The notes: generated by a model from the sequence alone, not told the origin. A DNA stretch of 63,228 nucleotides, filler included, from Octopus bimaculoides (GCF_001194135.2; 7 parts of 6 records of this genome joined end to end with filler, not necessarily neighbours in it), one strand, 5' to 3'; shown: positions 11,340-23,497, numbered from the whole stretch's first letter. A program made the numbers and translations.

Positions 11340-12315
11340 AACAACTTCCAGTAAAAAGACAGTTTGATGACTTCCTGGATGCATCTGCACTCCAAACACT
11401 GGCACCTCATAGATTACCAACTGGTGTGTAAGAAAAACCAAAATGATATTCGTCAAACTAGAGTGATGCCTTGTGCAGGATGCTACTCAGATTGTTATCT
11501 TGTACACTGTAAACTCAGCCTCCATTTCAAACTCAAGGCCAAAAGAGGTGGGGGAGCTCAAAGGAGGAGGCTCCAGGTCAGCATCCTGCAGTCAGCTGAT
11601 GGGAAAGTTAATTCCAGGTGGATTTCTAATAACAACTTGAAGATCCCACTTGATTTTCAGATCCCTCCCTTGAAGTGATTTGGGAACACCTGAAAACACC
11701 CATTCTGCAAACCTCTGAAGGAGTATTGAGCTTGTCTACAAAAAAAAAAAAAAAAAAAAAAAAAGGACTGGTTTGATGAGAATAACCAAGAAAACTAAAA
11801 TCTACTAGCATAGAAGAGATCTTCTCCACCCCCTCAGGATCACCTTGGTAACTGATATTGCCTTGTGAAGAAAGCAGCCTCTTTGTCTGCAGCAATCTCC
11901 AGTGTAAACTTTAAGAGATCCAAAATGAGTAGTGGACAAACTTCACCAAAAGAACTCAGCTTAGCATAGACCTACCAACTATAAGGGCTTCTACAAATCC
12001 CTAAAAGCTGTGTATGGTCCATTGCACCAGCTCCAGTGTCTATTGAACAGTACAAACAAAAAGACAAGGCCTCCACCTAGAACTGGTGGTCAGAGCACTT
12101 TTAAATTCTTCAGTGCCAACCACTCAATCCAAGATTCTGCAGTACTTTGCATCATCCCACAGTAGCCTTTGAAGTCTGGGCTGGGCAAAATTTCCTCCCT
12201 TGCAGATACAACTAAACCCATAGAGAAACTGAAAAGGGGAAAGGCGGCAGGAGTGAATAGAAGCCCAAAGGAGCCAAGCTTCCATTAGGGGGCTTTGAAA
12301 CTTGAAGTAGCATGG
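11340..12315 (+). mobile_element. RTE/BovB-clade LINE fragment (endonuclease C-terminus to start of RT)
   Basis: WMHLHSKHWHLIDY..., WFDENNQE, YKGFYKSLKAVYGP, KLKRGKAAG correspond to RTE motifs WMHPRSKHWHLIDY, WFDEND, FY.ALKAVYGP, GKAPG. Confidence 0.85.
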
Positions 12316-12573
12316 AACCAAATCAAACTGTTTTAAATAATAATAATAACACACACACGCGTGCGCATATGAACATGCCCAACCACAACAGATACATACG
12401 TGCACTAGATACACTCACAAATCATATACATATATATATATACACACACGCACATATTCACACCAATGATCAGCTGTTCCTTCTACTTCCCAGACAGGCC
12501 ATCATCATCAGCATTCTGCGCAAGCATGTGCTAGAAATTCAGTTTTGAAACTGTTGTTGCTTCTAGTCAATAG

Positions 12574-14391
12574 CATTGGACAACAAAGATTTTGCTACTG
12601 GGGTAAGATCAGGTGTTTGAGACTAAATCGAGGATGCTGGTTCCGAATTTGCACTCAGAATTATTCTAGTGCATCAGGATTTTGAGTTACGCGCATACAG
12701 CAGGTTATAACTATACTTTCGGCTAGATATAGGCCGTATTATAAAATTTGCTGAAATGAAAGCGATTTTAATTCAAAATTTAAAAAAATTACAGCAATAA
12801 AACAAACGATGAGAAAGTTCATTATTTAGTTTAGCAATAGATGGCGCTGACGTATCGTGTGCAATGCCAAATACGTCAGTTTGTTCTTCGTAACTCTCAG
12901 TGTCGTTTGTGCTGGCTTCACGTGTGACTCTCGCTCTACGTGATTACTGTTGGCGTGTGCCAACCAATCATGCTTCTGATTGTTATTTTTGCATGACTAA
13001 TATTAGTGGTTTCTCAAAGAAGACCAAAGCAAAAATTGTGTATGCATATTGTAAGTTGGCTCTAAAACCGGTCCCACATGACTTCGTGAACCCTGTCCCA
13101 GTTCCCCCTCCTCATATGCTTCACTTGAAAATCTTAACACGTCGTATGATGAAACCCCGGACTCTCCTATCGACGCACAGTACGTAGGTGATTCTAAGAA
13201 AAATGCGCCAGGCTAGTTTAATCAAGAAGACTTGAACGATTTAGCAAGAGACCTAGCAATGTCAAAGGAGAAGGCAAAAGTTTTGGGATCCAAACTACAA
13301 CAACGGAATCTCCTACAGCAAAGTACGAAATTTCCATTTTCCGTTCTCGCCATAAAGGCTTACCTGTCTTTTTAAAGCAAGAAAATAATGCTTGTTTCTG
13401 TACTGCCGTTAATGCACTCATGTAAAAACTAGGATACGTGCATGTGGCTAACGAATGGAGATTGTTTATAGACTCGAGTAAGGTTAACCACAAAGCTGTG
13501 TGTCACATAATGGTAATGAAAAACCATCCATTCCTGTGGGTCATGTTTTCGGTATGGAAGAAACTTATGAATTGATGGAACTCTTTCTGAAAGGAATTGA
13601 TTACACAGTTCACAAGTGGAATATTTGTGGTGATTTAAAGGTGATTTGGTGCAGAGAAAAGTGACGCAAAACTGAAAGCAGGCATATTCATTGGACCCGA
13701 GATCAGAGAATTGTTATCTGATAGTAAATTCAGAGGTAAACTGAATCCAGTTGAGCTGACGGCATGGGATCTATTCGTGTTAGTCGTACAGAACTTTCTT
13801 GGAAATCATAGAGTTGAATATTATACTGATTTAATAAACAACATGCTAACATGGGATGCCGAATGTCCCTTAAAATTCACTTCTTGCATTCTCATCTGGA
13901 TTTTTTTCAACGAATCTTGGTGCCTTTAGTGATGAGCTTGGTGAGAGGTTTCACCAGGACATACCTGAGATGGAAACGAGGTATCAAGGCCGGTTCAATC
14001 CACACACGATGGGTAACTACTGCTGGAGACCAGCACGATGCATTAGCGCTCATGAACAAGTGTCTCAAACATTTCTGAGCTGAGCATACCAAAAATAAAG
14101 TGAGTATTCCCTTAACATAAATATACTATGTACCATTATATTATAATACTATTTGCCTTGAACATAAATTTACTATATACAGTACTAATATACTATCATA
14201 TAGTTATTTTCCTTGAACTTAATTATTCCTTATTCTAATATAATATCAGTATGTAATTATGCGCCTAACTCCAAATCCTGACGTGTTACAGCAATTCTGA
14301 GTCCAGATTCAGAATCAGCGTACTCGATTTAGTTTAGTACAGTGCCATTTGTCAGGGTAGCAGACGATAAATCTGTTCTTGTTGTCCAGTG
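12574..14391 (+). mobile_element. Chapaev3-like (CMC superfamily) DNA transposon, internally deleted, both TIRs present
   Basis: Termini CATTGGACAACAA / TTGTTGTCCAGTG with ~130-bp imperfect inverted similarity; transposase remnants W.VPTNHASDCYFC, LNDLARDL, WRLFIDSS, ICGDLKVI, KLKAGIFIGPEIR, HFLHSHLD..GERFHQDI..ME.RYQG. Confidence 0.8.
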
Positions 14392-14473
14392 TATATGTTA
14401 GTAACACCATGTGACCCTCATTAATAAACACCGGCTTTAAATCAAGAAGGTATAATCAAACGTCTCCAATCGG

Positions 14474-14523
<50 letters not shown>

Positions 14524-14574
14524 GCACACACACACACACACACATACATACACACGCTCGTACGCACACATGTA

Positions 14575-14760
14575 TCGGCGCTGGTGTGATTTTGCGCTAA
14601 GAAACTTGCTTCCCAACCACATCGTTCCGGATTCAATTCTACTGCGTGACACCTTGGACAAGTGTCTTCTGCTGTAGCCTCGGGCCACCAAAGCCTTGCG
14701 AGTGGATTTGGCAGACGGAACTTGAAAAAAGCCCGTTGTTTATATATATATGTGTTTGTG
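14575..14760 (+). mobile_element. SINE family B, 5' half
   Basis: CCTTGGACAAGTGTCT core and GTGGATTTGG..GGAACTTGAAA segment. Confidence 0.75.
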
Positions 14761-15124
14761 TGTGAATGTACATAGATAGCTACACAGACACACATACACG
14801 TATGCACACACACACACGCACACGCAATCTATGTAATGATACATATAAACGTAGGCGTTGCGTATAAATAGGTGCAGAATTAAGTGGTCGAAGTTTTGTC
14901 CAGAATTACTTTTATATATTCGTAGACCATGTTAAAATTTGTAAACATGTCTGCAGGTGCGCGCGCGCGCGTCCACGCGTGTTTGTATGTGTGTAAGTTT
15001 ATGCTGAAGATGAGTTTACGTTTGTGTGCATATATATAAATATTCATGTGTTATGTATCCATTTATGTATGTATGCATAAGCGTGTCTAGGCGTAGGCGT
15101 AACTACGCGCAAGTGTGGATAAGC

Positions 15125-15475
15125 ACGGGCGTAGCTAAGCGCAGGCTTGGGAGTGGAGAAAGAAGCTTGATTTCCAATCATATGGTTCTAGGTTCAATCT
15201 CGCTGCGTGACACTTTGGGCAAGTGTCTTCTATGATAGCCTCGGTCCGTGAGTTTGCCTTTGTGTCTATCTTTGACCCCTACCACTACTTGAAAATTGGT
15301 GTCGGAGTTTTTATGCACTCGTGAGTTAGTGGTTCGACAAAAGTGGCTGATAGAACAAGTACAGGTTTAAAAGAAAAGCACAAGTACTGGGCATCGATTC
15401 ATTCAACTAAAAATTCCTCAGGACTGTGCCTCAGCATGTCTGATGACTGAAACACGTAAAAGATAAAAGTTGGAT
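15125..15475 (+). mobile_element. SINE family B, degenerate
   Basis: GGTTCAATCTC B box, CTTTGGGCAAGTGTCT core, tail CAGCATG..GACTGAAAC. Confidence 0.7.
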
Positions 15476-15515
15476 ATACATACATAAATATGAGTGCGTA
15501 TGTGTCAATATTGGA

Positions 15516-15555
<40 letters not shown>

Positions 15556-15833
15556 TGTGTGTGTGTGCATAATGTATGTGTGAGTATATACAATGTATGT
15601 ATTTATATATGTGTGTGTATATATATGTGTGTATACATACGCGCACACACACACACATATCTGATGAAATCTTTCATACATCAACATATACATCCTTGAT
15701 CTAATCAAGATATCTTTGGCCTGAAGAGTACCTGGTGGTATACACCTCGCTAGGACTTTTTTACCACTTCTGAGGTTCTGTCCGCTATGAAACATATGTA
15801 GTCTGGATCTTACCTACTCCATTCTATAACTCT

Positions 15834-15904
<71 letters not shown>

Positions 15905-16444
15905 AATTTTTTTTATGCATTTCAACCCAAAGACTGTTTGGGCACCGCCAGTACAAATTTATATGTATATATCTATATAAATAAATGGCAATTTCTGTCT
16001 GTCTGTCTATTACAAACTTAGTGCCTAAACCACAGAACCAGTATTCACGAAACATTGCAGACTTGTGACACTAACATCCAGTTCAATAATAGGCTAATTG
16101 AGCAAATTATATGATAAAATGAGAAGGTTGCAAAAAGTATTAGTCTCAGGTAGTAACAGAGAGAAGATGACTTATATCACTGAAGGCGAGACCAGCGGTG
16201 AAAATGGGGTGATAAAGTTAATAAAGCTGTCATACACATGCGGTGCTGCATACATACTCTCGTAAATACAAAGATATCATACAAAACATGCACACACACA
16301 CACACAAACATACATATATATATACATACATACATTCATTCATACATACATATATCCACTTTACACCATTTTAAACTCGTGATTACCTGTGTGTACGTTT
16401 GTAAATTTGTGTGTGTGTATGTGAGTGTGTATGTGATTAGCATG

Positions 16445-16965
16445 TGCCCAGAAATGACATCAAGGCACTACCTCTCTATGTGACATGATGTTGTCACAAA
16501 AACAATATACGATGCGATCTGGATGAAAGACTATCCTGGAATAAATATAGAGAATCCTTCTCTTATTGAATACATACATAAATATGAACACATGGAATAC
16601 TGTTGAGACATTCCCATCAAAACATTTGTCAAGTGTAAGCATAACTGGCTGAATATTGTTTTGGGGACAGACAAGAAAATATGTACCATCATATAGGTCA
16701 GCTGTCCTGCTGATGTGAATATTTTTAGAAAACCAAAGAGAAAGTGGATAACTATGGACCACTGCTTTGAAACCTCCATCTTCCATATTCAGATTACAAA
16801 TTTACATTTATATTATTGTAATTGCTGTTCCTGGTTTTGTGAGTACATGCCTAACTGACAGTGTAGAAAAGCTTGGATTTTCAGAAAAAGAAATCTATCA
16901 ACTAACCTCACACATTACAAATACAATCTGTAAGTGGAAGAGTAAAAATATAGGTTTAAAATGAG
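16445..16965 (+). mobile_element. R4/Dong-like non-LTR element, C-terminal restriction-like endonuclease (RLE) fragment
   Basis: Frameshifted MTSRHYLSM*HDVV, ICTII*VSCPADVNI..EKVDNYGPLL..YSDYKFTFI..IIV.AVPGFVSTCL...EKLGF. Confidence 0.75.
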
Positions 16966-17988
16966 GCATTGTTTTCATTATCTACATTCCAACAATGGAA
17001 CTTTATGTCTTTGTTAGAAATTAACACCTTCCTTAGAGGAAGATTTTAAATCATTTAAAACAGCAGAGAACACGCATACATAGATACGTTACAGGTACTG
17101 AAAATTAATGTCATATTTTCAAGCATATAGTCTGATATCATACCACAAATATTTTACAAGCCAATGAATGAAGTCCTTGCACTCAATCAGTCAGCATGGT
17201 GTTAATGACCAAACATTGATGGGACAGGAGCTGTGTGTGTATACTCTGTCCGATAACTTTAGTGAGGTGCTTATTTAGCAGTGAATGCTTTATGAATTTT
17301 GTAAGGGTAACAAAGTGCAAGGGAAAACACATGTACTGTATATCCTGATGGTATGAGTGTTTGGAAATGTCAAAGATAGTTTAACAAATTCCAAAACAGC
17401 ATTTTTGATGTTTTGGACCAACAGTTCTCAATAATGCTGTAGTGAAAACAGCAGTTGAAGAGAATCTGCATCGAAGTATCAAGGACTTATTCTAGTGGCT
17501 TAATAAATCTTGTTTCACTATGCAAGATCATCTTATTGCAGGAATATTTAGCAGTCCAAAAACACCTAGAAACTGAACCTGGATCACTATCTGATGTAAA
17601 AAAAAACCAAAAAAAAACAAGCAAAAAAAAAAAAACGTGAATGCAATTTATTAAAATATTGTTGACGTCATAAAAAAATTGACTACCCAGATATCTTGTA
17701 AGAACAGGATCTAATTAAACAATTTCATCTATGGCACATTTATTCTGATAAGGACAGAGGCATTTAGTGCATTTTGGCCATTAGCCAGTTGTATGCATAG
17801 TAGTCAAAACAATGAACAACGACGACAATGACATAGCAGCACAGCCTTTACAATTTGTGATCTAAAGGAAAGAACACTACAGCCCCAGCTTTCAACAACA
17901 TCACTAATACAGTTCTATATTTAAGAGATGAGGAATTATTTACATTATTTACATTTGACGGATATTTGTCCTCATCTTGTTTGTTGTT

Positions 17989-18034
17989 AACACAACGTTT
18001 CGGCTGATATACCCTCCAGCCTTCGTCAGGTGTC
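17989..18034 (-). ncRNA. Minimal type I hammerhead ribozyme motif (CUGACGA variant)
   Basis: Minus strand GACAC CUGACGA A GGCUG-10nt-CAGCC GAAAC GUU GUGUU. Confidence 0.7.
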
Positions 18035-18153
18035 TTGGGGAAATTTCGGACCTGGGTTCTCATTCCTAACGATGTTACTATTATTATATTATTATTACTA
18101 TTATTAATAGTAACATCGTTAGGAATGAGAACCCAGGTTCAAAATTTCCCCAA

Positions 18154-18199
18154 GACACCTGATGAAGGCTGGAGGGTATATCAGCCGAAACGTTGTGTT
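18154..18199 (+). ncRNA. Minimal type I hammerhead ribozyme motif
   Basis: GACAC CUGAUGA A GGCUG-GAGGGUAUAU-CAGCC GAAAC GUU GUGUU: stem I GACAC/GUGUU, 5-bp stem II, palindromic AACGUU stem III. Confidence 0.72.
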
Positions 18200-18565
18200 A
18201 ACAACAAACAAGATGAGGACAAATATCCGTCAAATGTAAATAATGTAAATAACATCACTACTGTCGTTCTCAACTGCAGTATCATCTCATACAAACTTTG
18301 TGTAAATACCTTTACTGTCATTTGAAGTAACGATATGTGTTTGTTAATCATATAAACATTTTTGCATTTAAAACATCAATGAATTGTCAACTCAACTAAA
18401 TCATCAACCAGTTGATTACAAAGAATCAGAAATATCTTATCGTTACAATCTCAAGCAGATTGGGAAAGAGTGTAGAGAAGGGAAGTAGGGTAGCTCATGA
18501 GCTGCCTTCCATGAATAAAGTAGTGGGTATAACAATANNNNNNNNNNAAAAAAAAAAAATTAATT

Positions 18566-18760
18566 GGGATGGGAAGTTCTACCTCATTCTCCCTCCTCAC
18601 CAGACATGGCACCACCAAGTTTTCACTTATTCAAGTTACTTGAACACTTGACCAGTGGAAAAACATTCAGAAACAGGGATGATGTTGAAACAGGAAACTG
18701 GTTTCAAGATATTTTGAATGAATAAAGGGCAGAATTCTGCACACCATAACTGTTTAATTT
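18566..18760 (+). mobile_element. Mariner transposase C-terminal remnant
   Basis: WEVLPHSPSSPDMAPPSFHLFKLLEH..SGKTFRNRDDVE resembles mariner WEVLPHPPYSPDLAPSDYHLF. Confidence 0.75.
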
Positions 18761-19295
18761 CATGGAATGTTCTTTAAGGTAAGGACATGTAAGATAACAT
18801 AGGCTTAGGCACACTATGCTTAAAAATCAAGCTAGTGCAGTTACAGTTTCAATGCCTTTCATCGGAGGGTTGCTAGATCAGGGCTTCTTCTGTCATGTTA
18901 CTGACATACATCCCACTAAACATAGGATTTGAATAACATTACTCTATTGCTATACCTTTCAAAACTAACACTGTCTAGGATCTCAGCACTTCACAGAAAT
19001 AACTTGTCCATTGGGTTTTACAAAGTTACCTATCCATAAAGTGCAAGCAATGCTATAAGTATGTATATATTTTGGATTCTCAGTCTTTTGCTCAAAGAAG
19101 CTTTGGAGACATTAATACCAGTTGATTAAATCAACCCCAGTTGGATGGAAGGCAAAATTGCCCTTGATGGGTCTTGAACTTTGAATGTAATGAGTCAGAA
19201 CTAAATACTGTGAGGCACTTTGTCTCAAGCTCTCAAAAGCCACCTAGTCCTTCATCTTAAATCATAGGTGATTTATTCCACTTTCGCTTATAGTG

Positions 19296-19632
19296 AAGGC
19301 ACATGGCTCATTGATTAGAGCATTGGATTTACAATCATGCGGTAGTGAGTTCGATTCCTGGACCAGGCTGTGTGTTGTGTTCTTGAACATGACACTTCAT
19401 TTCATGTGGCTCCAGTTCACTCAGCTGTAGAAATGAGTTGCAATGTCTCTGCTGCCAACCTGTACCAGCCTTTGTCTTTCCCTCGGACAACATCTGTGGC
19501 ATGAAAAGGGGGAAACTGGTATGCATGGGTGACTGTTGGTTTTCCACAAAAAACCTTGCACAGACTTGTGCTTCTGAGGGGAACTTTCTAGTGCAATCCC
19601 ATCATCATTCGTAACCAAAGGTGGAGGGTCTT
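19296..19632 (+). mobile_element. tRNA-derived SINE, family D
   Basis: TGGCTCATTGATTAG A box, GAGTTCGATTCC B box, GCTCCAGTTCACTCAGCTG central block. Confidence 0.7.
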
Positions 19633-19634
19633 TA

Positions 19635-19725
19635 CTCATCATCGTTTAACGCTTGCTTTCCATGCTAGCATGGGTTGGATGATTTGACTGAGGACTGGCA
19701 AACCAGATGGCTGCACCAGGCTCCT
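19635..19725 (-). mobile_element. RTE-type 3' tail fragment
   Basis: Reverse complement ...CCAACCCATGCTAGCATGGAAAGCAAGCGTTAAACGATGATGA; same tail at 24638, 27633, 45880. Confidence 0.8.
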
Positions 19726-19903
19726 ACCCTTTATTTATAGTTCCAAATTGGTTCATGCTAACACAAACCTTTACTAATTTCCCCTTTCTAATGATAATCT
19801 TTGTTTGATTCTCAGAACATTTCCTTAAAAAATATTGATAAAATCCAATTAGTTTTCATGTTAATATTTTCTAAAATTTCCTTTTTTTAAAAATCTCAAC
19901 TAG

Positions 19904-20041
19904 TGCAGTGATGGGTGATAACTTTGGATATATTGAGGACCCTTCAGACACCAGCGTTGAAAAAGCTCCAAAGAATGAAGAAAGCAAAACTGAAGAAGTC
20001 AGAAAGCGTTTTTCCATCATAGCCTATATCTCATATGAAGG
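19904..20041 (+). CDS. Candidate orphan coding exon (MGDNFGYIEDPSDTSVEKAPKNEESKTEEVRKRFSIIAYISYEG), product unknown
   Basis: Pyrimidine tract + AG acceptor, open frame with ATG at 19911, strong donor GAAGG|GTAAGT at 20041/2, non-repetitive; no partner exon found. Confidence 0.3.
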
Positions 20042-20087
20042 GTAAGTCTTTTCAATGAAATCCACACAACGAACGTCTCTTTTATCT

Positions 20088-20355
20088 TTTACTTGTTCCA
20101 GTCATTAGATTCCAGGACTTATTTTTTTAAAGCTTAGTATTTATTCTATAGATCTCTTTTGCTGAACTGCTAAGTTATGGGGATGTAAATATATAATATA
20201 TATATGATAATGATGAGCTTCTTTCCACCAAATCCACTTTCAAGGCTTTGGATGGCTTCAGCTATTGTAGAAGACACTTCTTTCCCAAGGTGCTATGCAG
20301 TAGGACTGAACCCAGAACCATATGGTTGAGGAGTAAACTTTTTTTTACTACATAG
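20088..20355 (-). mobile_element. SINE family B, degenerate
   Basis: CCCAAGGTGC..GGACTGAACCC head and core on the minus strand. Confidence 0.7.
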
Positions 20356-20673
20356 CCACATCTGTATCTATTTATATTCCTGGTGGTTTCAATTTGAAAA
20401 TTGTTATTGATAAGACAATGGTTAGCTAAGAAAAAGCTGACCTGTAATGTGGAGCTAGAAACAAAACAGATAAGAAACGTATGATTTTATGAGTAGAGGT
20501 ATTGATTACAGAGACATTGTGACTGAGGAGTGCTGAAAGGAAACATCCTGAATACATGGTAGAAATCTTCTCAAGAAAATAGACATTCAAGTAACATGAT
20601 GGAAGGTAAGGCAGCTGGCAAACTATGCAATTGATGAAAGCATATTTTGAATTCCAGATGATTATTTTTTAGT

Positions 20674-21126
20674 TGTTGCAGGATAAAGCAGAAAAATAAT
20701 GGTGGTCTGAAATCTGTTAGGCAAGCGTGATTATAACGACGGTAGTAAGAAGTCAGCTTGGCAAACATCGTTGCAACGACGGTAACCGCATGTGGTGTGT
20801 GTGGCCTTAGGCAGAAGAGAGATATTCGTGTTCCTTGGTGTCGAAATGGCGAGAGAGAGAGAGAAAGACCGCCCCAAAACACTGGAATAAATAGGTGTCA
20901 GCTGCCACGCCACCTGGTGGCGTTTACCGGCGAAGCTATCTTGCTATGCTACACAGGGTTCCGTTTATGGACAGAAGCCCCGTATCCGATGCTGATGATA
21001 TGCTTCAAATGTATTCATTGGCCCACAGAGGACACCCTGTAATGACTGTTGGTGTTTTAACACTTTCAGTTTGTTGTACAGGTTATTGTTGACTGGTATT
21101 AGTGAACTGCGTGTCGTCCCATAACA
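20674..21126 (-). mobile_element. Possible LTR-like segment (TGTTAT...GCAACA)
   Basis: TG..CA-type termini and CpG-rich composition, but no TSD and no match to the 24907 LTR. Confidence 0.3.
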
Positions 21127-21244
21127 AACCAAACATGCACATTGAAATAATATTATTATTAAGGTAATTACTATATTTACAATTTATTCATGAAAATTCT
21201 CCAGTAGTGTATGGTACTCGAATCGAGCTTAACCAATTATATCG

Positions 21245-21362
21245 GTTTCAAATTTTGGCACAAGGCCAGCTATTTCGCAGAAACGGGAATAAGTGGATTG
21301 TATCGACCCCAGTGATCAACTGGTACTTATCTACTCCGAAATGATGAAAGGCAAAGTCGAGC
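21245..21362 (-). mobile_element. SINE family C fragment at the truncation point of the Gypsy element
   Basis: TTTCAAATTTTGGCACAAGGCC..ATCGACCCCAGT..GATGAAAGGCAAAGTCGA. Confidence 0.75.
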
Positions 21363-22179
21363 GGTTCCGCATTCTTCGAAACTAGCCTAGATAAACAATC
21401 CTTACGGCTAATTTTCTTAGAAGGAATGTACTCCATCTTACAGTTCTAATTTAACAATATTGTACCCCAGCGTTGAATCTGTTAGCTGTATGGGTAGGAA
21501 TTCCTTTCTTCGATCGGAAAATTAATAGTCCATCTAAGGCCGAAAACTTCTACCGTGGAGAAATCTGTGATATTTCTTCGCTAGAGCTTCTTTCTGTATC
21601 TGACAGTGGGTTTTTTGTGCTGCAATTAGAGCACATGAGGCATGAACCACCGCCTTCATATTACCCGCTTTATATTTTTGTAGCAAAACTGTTCCTATGC
21701 TGTATTCAGAGGCGTCAGAAGCTACAACAATCTCCGCTGCAGGATCGAAATGAGCCAACGACAAATCCAAAATTAATATTTTTTTCAATATCCTGAAATG
21801 CCTTTTGACAGTTATTTGACCAATTCCATTTGGCGTCTTTTTTTTTTTTTAGCAAATTGTTAAGCGGAGCTCTCAATTCATAAATGGTTGGTATGTAATT
21901 TTGATAATAGTTCACTTGGCCAAGAAAAGCTTGTAATGTCGCTATGTTGGGGAGCCATATTTTTAATTGCGTCTGCCCTGGACGTGTCGAGTCGTCTTCT
22001 GTTTTTATTTATAATCTGTCCTAAATACCTAATTTTAGGCAAAAGGAATTCACATTTCTCCTCACTGATTGTGAAACCTTAATCTCTTATTTTTTGAAAA
22101 ACACACTTCACATGTTCGATATGCTGATCACGAGATTCACTTTTAATTAATACATCATCGAGGTATGGAATTGCAAATT

Positions 22180-22393
22180 CTTTTCTACTCTAGGCACAAG
22201 GGTCGAAATTTTTGGGGAGGGATCCAGTCGATTAGATCAACCCAAGTACGCAACTGGTACTTAATTTATCAACCCGAAAAGATGAAAGGCAAAGTCGACC
22301 TTGGCGGAATTTGAACTCAGAATGTAAAGTCAGACGAAATACCGCTAAGCATTTCGCCCGACGTGTTAACGTTTCTGCCAGCTCGCCGCCTTA
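22180..22393 (-). mobile_element. tRNA-derived SINE family C (Meta-like central domain), full length
   Basis: AAGGCGGCGAGCTGGCAGAAACGTTA head, GAGTTCAAATTCC B box, CCTTTCATC..TAAGTACCAG centre; 15-bp TSD ATGGAATTGCAAATT (22165-22179 / 22394-22408). Confidence 0.9.
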
Positions 22394-23497
22394 ATGGAAT
22401 TGCAAATTGATAGTCCGCCAACATCGCATTAATAACCTGTTGAAATATAAACTTCAGACCAAATGGTAATCCCATTTGTATAGTCCTCTGTGCGTATTCA
22501 CTGTTAGAAGCTTCGAACATTCCTCGTCTACTTTAATTTGTAGACACGCATCAGACGGATCTAGTTTNNNNNNNNNNNNNNNNNNNNNNNNNNNNNNNNN
22601 NNNNNNNNNNNNNNNNNNNNNNNNNNNNNNNNNNNNNNNNNNNNNNNNNNNNNNNNNNNNNNNNNNNNNNNNNNNNNNNNNNNCCACCATTTAATTTTGC
22701 AAAAATATCCTCCGGAGTAGGCAGTGGATAGTAGAACATTTTTAGACAGTCATTCAAGCCAGAAGAAAAATCGGCAAATACCCTGATTTTGTTATTTTTT
22801 TTTTTAATACACACCGTTGGTGCTACCCATTTAGAATAATCTACTTTTTGAATAATTCCCAAATTCTCCAGTCTGTCTAATTCTTCCTCTACCTGCTTTA
22901 TCGCAGCAAATGATACCTTTCTATTACGTTTGAATACAGGTACGACATTTTCCTTTATTGGAAAACAGGCTTCAGAGACTTAATTTATCCGACAGCACTT
23001 CAAAAAACAAACCTTTTCATTTTTTCTTCAATCCAGCTGCTGAGTTATTTTTACTGGTGGGACAACGCACTTCACATTTCGCCTCGTGCTATTTTCTGAT
23101 GTTTTTCTTAACGTAGGTTTCCCAATTCTTTTCCACGTGTCGGTATTAATAATCGAGATGTCGCTACAGGTATCTAGTTGTAATTTAATACTCACTTCAT
23201 TTATTTTTTGCTTGTACAAATTTCCTCTTTTTGGTGTCGCTTGTACTTTCCGTTGAGAAAACTTTAGAATTTTTTATGTTTGGCCTTCTTAACTTTTCTC
23301 TGCAATGTGAGCTCTTGTGTCCTAGTTTTTGGCAACTGTAACATTTTTGCGTTTTGAAAGGACAATCCTTTCTGAAATGTAGGGCTCCACATCCGTAGCA
23401 TGTGTTTGGTCTTAACATTTCTTTGTTTATACCTTCCCAGTCGACATGCATGTATTTGTGAGAACTCCTCTTCAATTTTCTTTACGTCCTGAGCTAA

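Larger units (their letters stand above)
17907..18250. mobile_element. Fold-back element: two inverted copies of a hammerhead-bearing PLE-type tail, flanked by a 10-bp TSD
   Basis: Arms 17936-18082 and 18104-18252 are near-perfect reverse complements; AACATCACTA at 17897-17906 and 18251-18260. Confidence 0.9.

Noticed and set aside
14958-14972. (GC)n run with Z-DNA potential
   Set aside because: Very short and embedded in a compound microsatellite; unremarkable in this genome
16460-16786. 108-aa protein-looking ORF on the minus strand, and a plus-strand AG..GT pseudo-exon at 16793-16929
   Set aside because: Both are explained by the frameshifted R4-like RLE domain on the plus strand
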